64,000 nt of DNA. Origin: Elsinoe ampelina. Lineage: Eukaryota. The notes below the pieces were generated by a model. It made no database searches, had not been told where the DNA came from, and saw nothing but the letters and a program-made list of their open reading frames with translations. The first letter of the stretch is position 1, and each line of letters begins with the position of its first letter. The DNA lies in the NCBI GenBank assembly GCA_010093995.1, contig ML992513.1, positions 307,203-371,202 of the forward strand, given 5' to 3'. Positions 51,201 through 61,129 of the stretch are shown piece by piece. The position numbers and the translations under genes are program-made.

Positions 51201-53127
51201 ATGGCGGGTGACAAACCATGGCCGGAAGCACCGGTCGGCAACAAGGACCATACCCAGGCAGCTGTGGTCATTGTAGGAGCCGGCATATCTGGTAGGCCTT
51301 ATCGTGAATCATTTGAGGCCTGATATCTGATACTCGCAGGCATGTGTACTGCCATCGACTTGATCAGACGGAACAATTGTCGCAACTTTATCATCGTTGA
51401 GAAGAGCAGTGGTGTCGGCGGTACATTCCCTTCCAACTCCACAACAGCCCTGGTAGTAACACTTGACGTAGGTACATGGTATGACAATCGCTATCCTGGG
51501 TGCTGCTGCGATGTCTACTCTATGCTGTACTCTTTCTCGTTCGAGCAAAAGTCAGACTGGACGCGGGAGTATCCTGGGCAAGAAGAGATCTTAGAGTACC
51601 TCACAGGCATTGCACAAAAGTACAATCTGTATCAGCACATTCGCTTCAGTACATTCGTCGAAGAAGCGAGGTGGGATGATCAAGCTCTGAAGTGGAGGAC
51701 AAGAGTATCAACGGTGGGAGGGAGCAAAGAAGCAGAAGCCAGTCAAGGCTACGAGATCACAAGCGACTTCCTAGTCAGCGCTGTGGGGCAACTGAATGTG
51801 CCAAAGTGGCCAGATGCGATACCCGGACTGCATGACTTCAAGGGTAAGATGATGCACTCGGCACGATGGGACTGGAGCTATGATCTGAATAACAAGAAGA
51901 TTGCTATCATTGGCAATGGTCTGTCTGCCAACACCTCCTACAACTTTCCATCTACTCACTACCTCAGGTGCCACCGCCGTCCAGATTATTCCAGAGCTAC
52001 AAAAGGTCGCATCGAATGTCACCGTCTTCCAGAGGACTCCCAACTGGGTCGTCCCCCGCCAGGACGCCGAAGTACCCACCTACACCCGCACCCTCATGAA
52101 ATACATCCCTCCCCTCCGCGCCCGCAAACGCTCCCTCCAAATGGACTTTCGCGAATCCACCTACGACGGCCTGGTCAACCCAGACTCCGACATCTCCTCC
52201 GAATTCCGCCGCCTCTGCCTCTCCATGATCGACGCTGCCTTCCCCAACGACCCCGAAATGCGCAAGACGCTCACGCCCGACTACTCCCCCGGATGCAAAC
52301 GCATCCTGATAAGCGACGACTACTACCCGGCCCTCGCGCAACCCAACGTCCACCTCGAAACCCGTCCCATCTCCCGCATCACCCCGAGCGGCATCTGCGT
52401 CCCCTCCTCCTCCCCCTCCCACCCCTCCTCCTCGTCCGAAGAGGAAACCCCCTTCGACCTCATCATCCTCGCCACCGGCTTCCAGACCCTCTCCTTCCTC
52501 CACCCCATCAAAATCACCGGCGCCTCCTCCCTCCCCCTCTCCATCCCCTGGTCCACCGGCGCGACAGCCCTGTACGGCATCCTCGCCCCCTCGTGCCCCA
52601 ACTTCGGCATGCTCTACGGGCCCAACTCCAACCTCGGCCACAACAGCATCATCCTCATGATCGAGGCGCAGAGCGCGTACATCAGCGCGCTCGTCGCCCC
52701 TGTGCTGGCCGCGCGTCGGCGGGGGGAGTCTCTGGCTCTCGTCCCCGGGCAGCAGAGGTTGGAGGAGTTTAATGCGTGGTTGCAGGAGAGGTTGAGCGGG
52801 ACGAGTTTCGCCGACGAGAGGTGTGGGAGTTGGTATAAGAATGAGGCGGGGAGGATTGTGAATAATTGGTGTGGCACCGTGGTGGAGTATCAGAAGTTGG
52901 TGGAGGAGGTGAGGTGGGGGGATTTTGAGGTTTTGGGGGATGGCAAGGGGGAGGTGGAGCGGGAGGGGAGGAGGTGGGTGGGGAGGGTGAGGGAGGAGAG
53001 TCTGGTGGGGAATGCGGTGTGGGTTGGCATGGGGGTGTTGGGGATGGTGGGGATGGTGGCGGGGGGGATGGCGCTGGTGGGGAGTCTGGGTGGGGGAAGA
53101 GGGAGGGGGAGGTGGAGGGTGAGATGA
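51201..53127 (+). CDS. Flavin-containing (Baeyer-Villiger-type) monooxygenase
   Basis: VVIVGAGISG, GGTWYDNRYPGCCCD, AVGQL, fingerprint FKGKMMHSARWD, IAIIGNG/ATAVQ, FQRTPNW and ILATGF. Introns ~51292-51339, ~51421-51471 and ~51919-51968. Confidence 0.93.
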
Positions 53128-53267
53128 GAGGGGGAACGAAGAGAGCGGTGCTGTCGACGAATTACGTTACGTGTCATGTCTGCTTGTATCTATATCCCTT
53201 ACGCCTTGAATTGAACCCTGTCCAACCCTTCATGATGCAGCGTGGCTCGTTACCTCCTCCGTACCCC

Positions 53268-54332
53268 TCATAGACCCATAGTATAGTCGTGTTCAATTCC
53301 TGGCGTCACGCTTGCCATGAACTTCAGGAACACCACCAGGTACTGATCCACTCTGATGGCGCTCTCGTCCTCGCCTTGCTCGCCCTCGTCGAGCACTTCC
53401 CACTCATCTCCTTCCTGCTTCTTTCCATCCTTGATATCGAGCCCCTTGGTGTCTTCCACAAGCCCTTCCAGTCCGTGATCGCCCTTGACGTCTTGACCTT
53501 TTCTCAGCTTCTGCTTTCTGACCCTGAGCGCGGCATCCGCACGGTCAAGCAATGTCTTCATGACGCTGGCGTGGCGGCAGGGGTGAACAGAGGCAGTCTT
53601 GACGATCGGAGAGATGAAGGGGAAGTCTTCGAGAGTGACGGTCTTGTCTTTGTAGTCGCCTACAATATCCTCCATCATTGACGTGGGAGGCAGGGGGACA
53701 GGCGGTGATCCAGGCGAGGGTGATGAGTAGCCTGATAGGTACAATCTCGGAGTGCGATAATATGGCGTGTAAGTGATGTACAGTGTGTATGTCCTCAGCG
53801 GTCTAGAAGTGTCAGCTGCTCTTCTACCTCGACGTTTCGTATATACTTACGTGTCGCCTGAAGTATCCCTGATTATAGCCTCATCATCACTCTCGTCTTC
53901 CATGTCTGGGATCTCGTCTTCCTCTTCCACTCTCGCCTCGACGACGCCTCCTTCACCCAATGTCCTGATATCTCCGACCTTTTCTCCTTCACTTCTCCCA
54001 GTGTCCCCACCTGTCGTTGTCCAGCCCTCCTCTCCACCTTCACCTTCCACGAGTCCTTCCCCACCGGTTCCGGCAAAGTCCTCCCCTAGTCGTCGCCGAC
54101 ACGGCACACCACGTGTGACAAGATACTGCTTGCCAGGAGGAAAGTATGCGACGCGCTTATCGGGTGAAGAAGCGTCTGCCCAGGACCAGGACGGGAACTT
54201 GTAGACGAGAAAGTCTCCGGCGAGGAGGAACTCTTCGGGCATGATCTGACCTGTGTTCCGGAAGGTGGAAGATGTGGTGAGGGGCGCGTAGGTGTCGCGG
54301 AGACGATCGAGAGTGGAGTGGATAAAGTTCAT
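53268..54332 (-). CDS. ATG3: Autophagy E2-like enzyme Atg3
   Basis: [62 protein letters not shown], catalytic ASVHPCRHA and [17 protein letters not shown]; one intron ~53804-53850. Confidence 0.97.
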
Positions 54333-54955
54333 GGTGCTCGTGTCGTAGGACTGTTGTCAAAGAGTGTGAGGAGTGAGAGTGTCGGTCACTCAGATGGACT
54401 GATGTGGTTCTCGTCTGATATGCCTGAGTGCTGGGTCGAGGTGTTGCTGCCTGTTGGATATTGTGTGATATGTCGTGAACGACTTTGGTGTTACTTTATC
54501 CTCCCGAAGAACCTGGCGCCTTATTGGATATTATGACCGTAGAACAAAGCCTGTTGTAGAAGACGAGGAAAGCAAACATGCGTCACGGTTGAATGCGGGC
54601 GGTGACCTCTGGCCTCGGCTTGGCGCGGGGCATCACGGGGAGCGTCGGCCTCATGCGTGATGTGGTCATTTGCGGCTCTGTTTGACTTGTCGTCCTCATA
54701 CCAACGACAAGAGTCAGATATCTGGCTGCTTGACTGAGGAATTTGAGTGATGCCGTGGATGTAGCGAATCAACACCGGGCGCAGGTACAAGTGAGTGAAG
54801 CTCAACGCAGGCCAACAGCACCGCGGACGTCATTGATGCGCTTGTACCACATCCCTCTAGTCATCCTATTTGCCTGGGGTTTGCACCGCTTGTCTACATC
54901 CAAATCGATCACGTACGATCTTGACCGCGTCCTACTTGAGAAGATCTCACGTTCC

Positions 54956-55956
54956 ATGCCATTTGGCTGCCTGAGGTCTGCAGCTTCTTTGCTATCCAGA
55001 ACGAATCCTCAGCGCGTAAGCCACTTGAACATTACCACTTCTAGGATGTCGACCTTCAACTTGGAAGACTGGCAGCCGGCTGTGCCGGTGACTCTAGCAG
55101 ATGGCCTTACTGAAGAGCAATTGCTCAAATTCCCTGCTTTCAAGAACTGGATCGGCACGTTCAAGAAGAGTCTCGAGCAGCAGAGCAAGAAGGATCATCC
55201 ATTTCATCATGAGCCGTATCAGCTGAAAAGCATTGAGGTACAAGCTGTGGACTACTTTGGAGGCGGAAGGGTTGGCTTCATCAAGATGAAGACCGAAGTC
55301 AAGAATGAGAACGGCGAGCGTTTCCCAGGATCGTTCCTTTTGAGAGGTGGAAGCGTCGGCATGCTGGTCAGTACATACCATACAGGTTATTTTAAAGTCA
55401 CTGCTAATGCAGCAGCCAGGTCATCCTCCAGCCTGATGATGTGTCACCGACGTCTGAACAGGACAAGCACGTGATTCTCACACTCCAGCCTCGAATTCCG
55501 GCAGGGTCTTTGGCATTTGCTGAGATTCCGGCAGGCATGCTTGACGACAGTGGCTCTTTCGCTGGAGGAGCTGCCAAGGAGCTACAGGAAGAGGTCGGAC
55601 TCGAAATCAAGCAAGACGAGCTCATCGATATGACATCTCTGGCTCTGGAAGACGATCCTCAGGAGCAGTCTGGCGAAGCGCTGCACAAAGCCATGTATCC
55701 TAGTGCTGGTGGCTGTGACGAATTTATTCCCATCTTTCTCTACCAGAAGCAGATACCCAGATCGCAGCTGCAGGACTGGCAGGGCAAGCTCACCGGACTT
55801 CGTGATCATGGCGAAAAGATCACATTGAAAGTGGTCAGACTGGAGGATGTGTGGCGAGAGGGGGCACGAGACGCCAAAGCACTGGCCGCGTTGGCTTTGT
55901 ATCAAGGGTTGAGAGGCGCTGGCAAATTGCCGGAGAAAGGCAAAGCAAGTCTATGA
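54956..55956 (+). CDS. Nudix hydrolase (ADP-sugar/ADP-ribose pyrophosphatase-like)
   Basis: LRGGSVGML, intron ~55367-55419, Nudix box EIPAGMLDDSGSFAGGAAKELQEEVGL, YPSAGGCDE and TGLRDHGEKITLK. Start ATG 54956 or 55046. Confidence 0.92.
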
Positions 55957-56683
55957 GATTGCACGGACCGCATTGTTGGGGCTGGAAGCAAGGATGATGC
56001 ATACAGTAGGAGTGCGATGTTGTGACACTGCGGCAGGCAGTCCTCGAATGACATGATCTCACTGCTTTGCCGCCATCGGACTGTGCTAGCTCGTCTCCAG
56101 ATCAAAATGCATGATCGTCGCGCTAGAAGACATTTGCATACTCTGCCAGCATTTGATTCGCTCAAAGACTTGGTCGACCGCTTGTTCGGAATCTTCGCTT
56201 CCATCTTTCCCTGGATATTAGAGCGGATGCGGCTCAATATTGCTTCTAGAAGGAAAGTTAGTGCCTTGGCCCGGAAGTGTACATTTGCTAGCGAGATGTG
56301 GTGGCTGCTGACCCCTCATGAGGTCTTCCCATGACAGGTCACGCAGGTGGATTAGCTTTGACTGGTGGTGTGATCGCAAACATTCCTCGATGCTCGTCGC
56401 CGTCTGACGGAGATGCTGAAGTGCGAGGACGTTCGAGCAGAAGACCACTCAACTCTCGTCGAGACAGCGTATACATTGATGTGAGCTTGTCCCGAATCTA
56501 CGGAAAGAATCGCGTCTCTCCTGCAAGTCGAAATTACTCCTGCCGACCCGAGGTTGATGACCCCGCAAAGCTGGGGGCCAATCATGGCGATCCCCCCCTG
56601 TCCTGGCATTAAATTTTACGGCTCTAGCGCGCCATGAAAAGCATTCACACCTGCAGAAACTCGCAAGGAAGTCGTCGTCACGC

Positions 56684-57140
56684 GGGCTGCAGCTCGGCCC
56701 ACCTCAGGATTAATTCCGACGATAGCCAGATAAGGCAAAGCCAAGCCCGCTAAAGCGGGTGTGGCTTAGCCTAGTCCGTTTTAGCCTATGTTTAGTATAA
56801 GTTACGCCTAAGTGTAATGCTTACTTCATAGCATATATTAGGCATATGTTAAGCCTAAGTTAAATATTTAATTCTCTTGTTTTTCTAAAATTTTATCTAG
56901 CTTATAGGGTTATTTAGGCTAGGAGGTTAAGGTAAGAAGCTAGGGGTTAGGGTCGTTAGGGTCGTCAGGATAGTTAGGGGAATTATAAAATATATCTAAC
57001 TTAGTACGCATATGCTAAACCTATGCTTAGCATTTAAGTTTAGGTTCAGACTAAAATCTAGCTAGAACCTTATTTTCTGCCCGTCCTTGTGTAAGATTGG
57101 TGGAGTTGAATCCTGAGGTGGGCCGAGCTATAAGCCCTCA
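56684..57140. mobile_element. Non-autonomous inverted-repeat element (MITE-like) with RIP-like AT-rich core
   Basis: Perfect 21-bp inverted repeat AGCTCGGCCCACCTCAGGATT (56691-56711) / AATCCTGAGGTGGGCCGAGCT (57109-57129), with outer GGGCT/AGCCC. TpA-rich interior, no ORF. CGTCACGC on both flanks (56676-56683, 57141-57148). Confidence 0.75.
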
Positions 57141-57382
57141 CGTCACGCTAGCAGCTTCTGCGCTATTGACTTTCTCAATCCAGTCGCGTTTTCATACATG
57201 CTCCCACTAAAAGTCATTGCCTCGATCACCTGTCCCTACCTGGGGTACCATTGCTTCAACAGCGTAACATCGTGCCCCGGGGCGCCACCTCTGCGGCACT
57301 GACTTCCCTGTATTGTATAAGATGACATGATGCCCACCGTCCTCTGGTAGGACTCCACCTTCTCTGGTAGGTCAGCGTCACC

Positions 57383-59881
57383 ATGGTGTCTGTCAAGTCC
57401 CTCTCGATTTCTCTCCTGGCTTTGTCAGTGGGTGTCAATGCCCAAAGAGGTTTGTTCACCCAGGGCGTCTTTGAACCCGAGGAGATCAGAAGGCTAGCCC
57501 AGGCTATGCTTGACAAGTTCTCGAAATACACAAAAGGACCCGGCAAAATACCAGGCCTACCAAAGCCACCGAAGCCAGCGCCTCCTCCAAAAGACCAGTG
57601 TGGCTACTGGCTGGCCGACATCAAGAAGCAAGGCATCGCTGCCTTCAATCCAAACCCAGCTCAGTACCAGGTGTTCCGTAATGTCAAGGACTTTGGTGCC
57701 AAAGGAGATGGCGTGACCGACGACACCGCTGCGCTTCAGGCAGCTATCAGCAGTGGCGACCGCTGCGGCATTGGCTGTGCATCATCAACTACCACACCAG
57801 CATTGGTCTACTTCCCTCCCGGGACGTACGCAGTGTCCGCTCCTATAATCGACATTTACTACACCCACATAATAGGCAACCCGAATTGTTTGCCTGTTAT
57901 CAAGGCCTTGTCCAACTATACCCTGAGTCCTGGCGCTATCGGCATTATCGAAGCCGACCCTTACGGGGCCAATGGACTTAGCTACGGTGCCACCAATGTC
58001 TTCTGGCGACTGGTCCGAAACATCATCATCGATATGACAGATCTACCACCAAGCCAAGCCGCCACCGGAATACACTGGCCGACAGGTCAAGCGACTAGTC
58101 TTCAGAACATCATTTTCCGCATGAGTGATGCGCCAGGCACACAACACCAAGGAATCTTCATCGAGTCTGGTAGTGGTGGTTTCGTAAATGATCTGGTCTT
58201 CTATGGTGGCCTCAACGGTGTCGCATTCGGTAATCAGCAGTTCACCATGCGCAACCTGACCTTCTACAACGCAGTCACTGCCATCAGCCAGATCTGGGAC
58301 TGGGGCTGGACCTATCAGGCTATCACCATCAATAATTGCTCAGTCGGCCTTGACATGTCCAATGGTGGTCCTCAGGCGCAGACCGTCGGCTCCATTAACT
58401 TCATCGACAGCAGCATCAGCAATACTCCAGTGGGCATCAAGACTGCTCGTAATGCAGACTCGCTTCCTGAGGCAGCTGGCAGCTTGATTATCGAGAACGT
58501 GCAGCTCAACAATGTCCCCGTTGCTGTTCAAGGTTCGGATGGTACTGTTCTCGCGGGTAGCTCAGGTGTTTCGACAATTGCTGCTTGGGGTCAAGGCCAT
58601 TCGTACACCCCGGCTGGGCCAACCGAATTCCAGGGCACAATTCCGCCAAATAACAGACCTGGCACGCTTCAGTCTGGCAATCGCTTCTATGCCCGCTCGA
58701 AGCCTACTTACCAGAACTTGCCGCTTTCGTCCTTCATCTCCGCCCGCTCGCTAGGTGCCAAGGGTGACGGCAGATCCGACGATACAATCGCTTTAAACGC
58801 CGCCGTCACTCTTGCCGCGGTCACGAACAAGGTGCTGTTCCTCGATCATGGAGATTATGTGATCACACGCACATTGTACGTCCCGCCAAATGCAAAGATT
58901 GTCGGTGAAGCTTTCTCCGTCATCCTCTCAAGCGGCTCTTACTTCAACGACGTCAAGAACCCACGACCAGTCGTTCAAGTAGGCTTCCCAGGTCAGCGGG
59001 GTAGTGTAGAACTCTCCGATATTGTCATCTCCGGCCGCGGCGCACAAGCTGGCGCTATCGAGCTCGAAGTCAACCTCGCCTCCCCTGCTTCTAGCCCATC
59101 TGGATATTGGGACGTACACACTCGTATCGGCGGCTTCCAGGGCTCTGAACTCCTCCTGGCTGACTGTCTTGTGTCGCCCAACATTCCAGCACCTCCTGTC
59201 AATCCCAAATGCGTCGCTTCTTTCATGTCCCTGCACATCACTCGATTTGCGTCTGGACAGTACTTTGAGAACACATGGTTCTGGGTTGCCGACCACGATG
59301 TGGAGGATCAACAGCTACGACAGATTACGATTTATGCAGGCCGTGGTCTGCTTGATGAGTCTTCTGGACCCGTCTGGCTTGTCGGGACAGGTGTTGAGCA
59401 TCACGTCCTGTATGAATACCAATTCCAAAACGCTCGTCAAGTCTTTGCAGGCTTCATCCAGACCGAGACAGCCTACTACCAGCCGAATCCACCCGCACCT
59501 TTCCCATTCCCATACGACCAGCGTTACGGCGACCCCAAGTTCCCTGCCGAGCCCGCCCAAAATAGCACAAACTCGACCTACGTCCCAGTCGCGGACGGAT
59601 GGGGACTGCGGATTCTGGACTCCAGCGATATCCTGATCTACGGAGCAGGCCACTACAGCTTCTTCAATAACAACAATGTGACGTGCAGCAATCAAGGGAA
59701 TGGGCTAAGATGTCAGAGATCCATCGTGGAGATCTCAGGCAGCTCGAACAAGGGCAACAGCATCTACTCGCTCAGCACCGTCGGAACAGAGTACCAATTC
59801 ACTTTGGATGGAAAGGACATGGCGTTCTACCTTGAGAATGAGCAGAACTTTGTACAAACCATAGCCCTTATCAGATTCTAG
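57383..59881 (+). CDS. Secreted exo-beta-1,3-glucanase, glycoside hydrolase family 55
   Basis: Signal peptide, YWL, YQVFRNVKDFGAKGDGVTDDTAA, PALVYFPPGTY, GIHWPTGQATSLQN, second GAKGDGRSDDT, WFWVADHD, EHHVLYEY and IQTETAYYQP. Confidence 0.96.
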   Translation: MVSVKSLSISLLALSVGVNAQRGLFTQGVFEPEEIRRLAQAMLDKFSKYTKGPGKIPGLPKPPKPAPPPKDQCGYWLADIKKQGIAAFNPNPAQYQVFRNVKDFGAKGDGVTDDTAALQAAISSGDRCGIGCASSTTTPALVYFPPGTYAVSAPIIDIYYTHIIGNPNCLPVIKALSNYTLSPGAIGIIEADPYGANGLSYGATNVFWRLVRNIIIDMTDLPPSQAATGIHWPTGQATSLQNIIFRMSDAPGTQHQGIFIESGSGGFVNDLVFYGGLNGVAFGNQQFTMRNLTFYNAVTAISQIWDWGWTYQAITINNCSVGLDMSNGGPQAQTVGSINFIDSSISNTPVGIKTARNADSLPEAAGSLIIENVQLNNVPVAVQGSDGTVLAGSSGVSTIAAWGQGHSYTPAGPTEFQGTIPPNNRPGTLQSGNRFYARSKPTYQNLPLSSFISARSLGAKGDGRSDDTIALNAAVTLAAVTNKVLFLDHGDYVITRTLYVPPNAKIVGEAFSVILSSGSYFNDVKNPRPVVQVGFPGQRGSVELSDIVISGRGAQAGAIELEVNLASPASSPSGYWDVHTRIGGFQGSELLLADCLVSPNIPAPPVNPKCVASFMSLHITRFASGQYFENTWFWVADHDVEDQQLRQITIYAGRGLLDESSGPVWLVGTGVEHHVLYEYQFQNARQVFAGFIQTETAYYQPNPPAPFPFPYDQRYGDPKFPAEPAQNSTNSTYVPVADGWGLRILDSSDILIYGAGHYSFFNNNNVTCSNQGNGLRCQRSIVEISGSSNKGNSIYSLSTVGTEYQFTLDGKDMAFYLENEQNFVQTIALIRF

Positions 59882-59991
59882 TCTACTTCTGTCCATAGCG
59901 TGGCGTTAAGTGGCAACCAATCCCAAATTCCATCACATCTAATCCCCTCGTCTCTCCCGTCATACCTCGTTTCTCTCCGCTCAATCATCCT

Positions 59992-60927
59992 CTAAGCCCC
60001 CTTCCCCTCGGCCTCCACCTCCCTCACAACCCTCCCCACCACCTCCCCCAAATCCTCATCCTCCAACCCCAACAACCCCATCGCAAACTCCTCTCGTCGA
60101 GTCCAATCCCCCTCCATAACCCCCAAAGCAAACACCAACTCCTCCACCGCAGCCTTACTCCCCCGATCCCTCCTCCCCTCCTCCCTCCTCACAAAACCCT
60201 CCACCCCCTCCCTCTCCACCTCCCACCTCCCCCCCGTCACCCCCTCCAAAGCCCTCAAAACCTCCCACTGCGTCACGCAAAAACTCTGCACCATCAACGT
60301 CCTCCCCCTCACCTCCGCCCTCCCCTCGGCCCCCATCTCCAAAACCCGCACCGTCGCCTCCGCCACCCTCGCGAGCGTAGACAAACTCATCCTCTGCTCC
60401 CCGTCGCCCAACACCAACGCCTTCCTCCCCCTGACGTCAAAGTGCATGAAATCCGTCTTCAGCGCCCAGTCGAAGAAATGCCCGTTCACCAGCGCCGTCC
60501 AGGTGAATCCCGCGTGCTGTCCGGCCAAGTCGGTCAGGCGTTGGCGCACTGCCGATTTGCGCCCGAACAGCGGCACGAGTTTCTGCGAGAGTGGCGCGCC
60601 GCTGTCGACGCTGCCGAAGTCGGCGGGGATGTAGTGCTTCACGCCTGCGTGTGCCGCGGCGGTGGCGAGGTCGAGGTGGAAGTCTAGGGAGGTGAGGGGG
60701 ATGGCGATGATGACTGCGTCGTGGTTCTTGAGGAGAGGGGTTAGGGTGGTGACGGTGGGGGAGGAGGGGAGGGGGATGGGGTGCAGGTTGGGGTGGGAGG
60801 GGAGCGGGGAGGTGGAGGTGGGTCGGTGCAGGACTGTGACGCTGTGGTTGGAGGAGAGGAGGTGGGAGAGGATGGGGGCGCCGACGTTGCCGTTTGCGCC
60901 TAGGAGGGCGACTTTGAGGGTGGGCAT
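59992..60927 (-). CDS. NmrA-like/isoflavone-reductase-family NAD(P)-binding oxidoreductase
   Basis: VALLGANGNVG Rossmann motif, AGVKHYIPADFGS and WTALVNGHFFDW. Confidence 0.9.
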   Translation of the reverse strand: MPTLKVALLGANGNVGAPILSHLLSSNHSVTVLHRPTSTSPLPSHPNLHPIPLPSSPTVTTLTPLLKNHDAVIIAIPLTSLDFHLDLATAAAHAGVKHYIPADFGSVDSGAPLSQKLVPLFGRKSAVRQRLTDLAGQHAGFTWTALVNGHFFDWALKTDFMHFDVRGRKALVLGDGEQRMSLSTLARVAEATVRVLEMGAEGRAEVRGRTLMVQSFCVTQWEVLRALEGVTGGRWEVEREGVEGFVRREEGRRDRGSKAAVEELVFALGVMEGDWTRREEFAMGLLGLEDEDLGEVVGRVVREVEAEGKGA

Positions 60928-61129
60928 GGTTGGGGGGTTTCTTAGAGGTTGATGTGGGAAGAGGAGGGATGGGGGAAGTGGAAGGTTGGGATTTGATGTG
61001 CGGGGTGGATTTCGAAGGTTCGCGGTGTGGGTTCACGTTGGGGGCACGAATGAGGTGGCAATTTGAGCATGGAGTTGCAGGTTTGATCTCGCTCCATCTG
61101 AAGCATGATAGCGGGATGTATTGCATAGA

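Noticed and set aside
39399..53127. Possible secondary-metabolite cluster (acyltransferase, hydrolase, monooxygenase)
   Set aside because: No PKS, NRPS, terpene cyclase, cluster transcription factor or transporter; interleaved with MET2 and receptors.
56940..56981. Telomere-like TTAGGG units
   Set aside because: Only about three interrupted units inside the MITE-like element, probably a RIP-altered short repeat; not an array.
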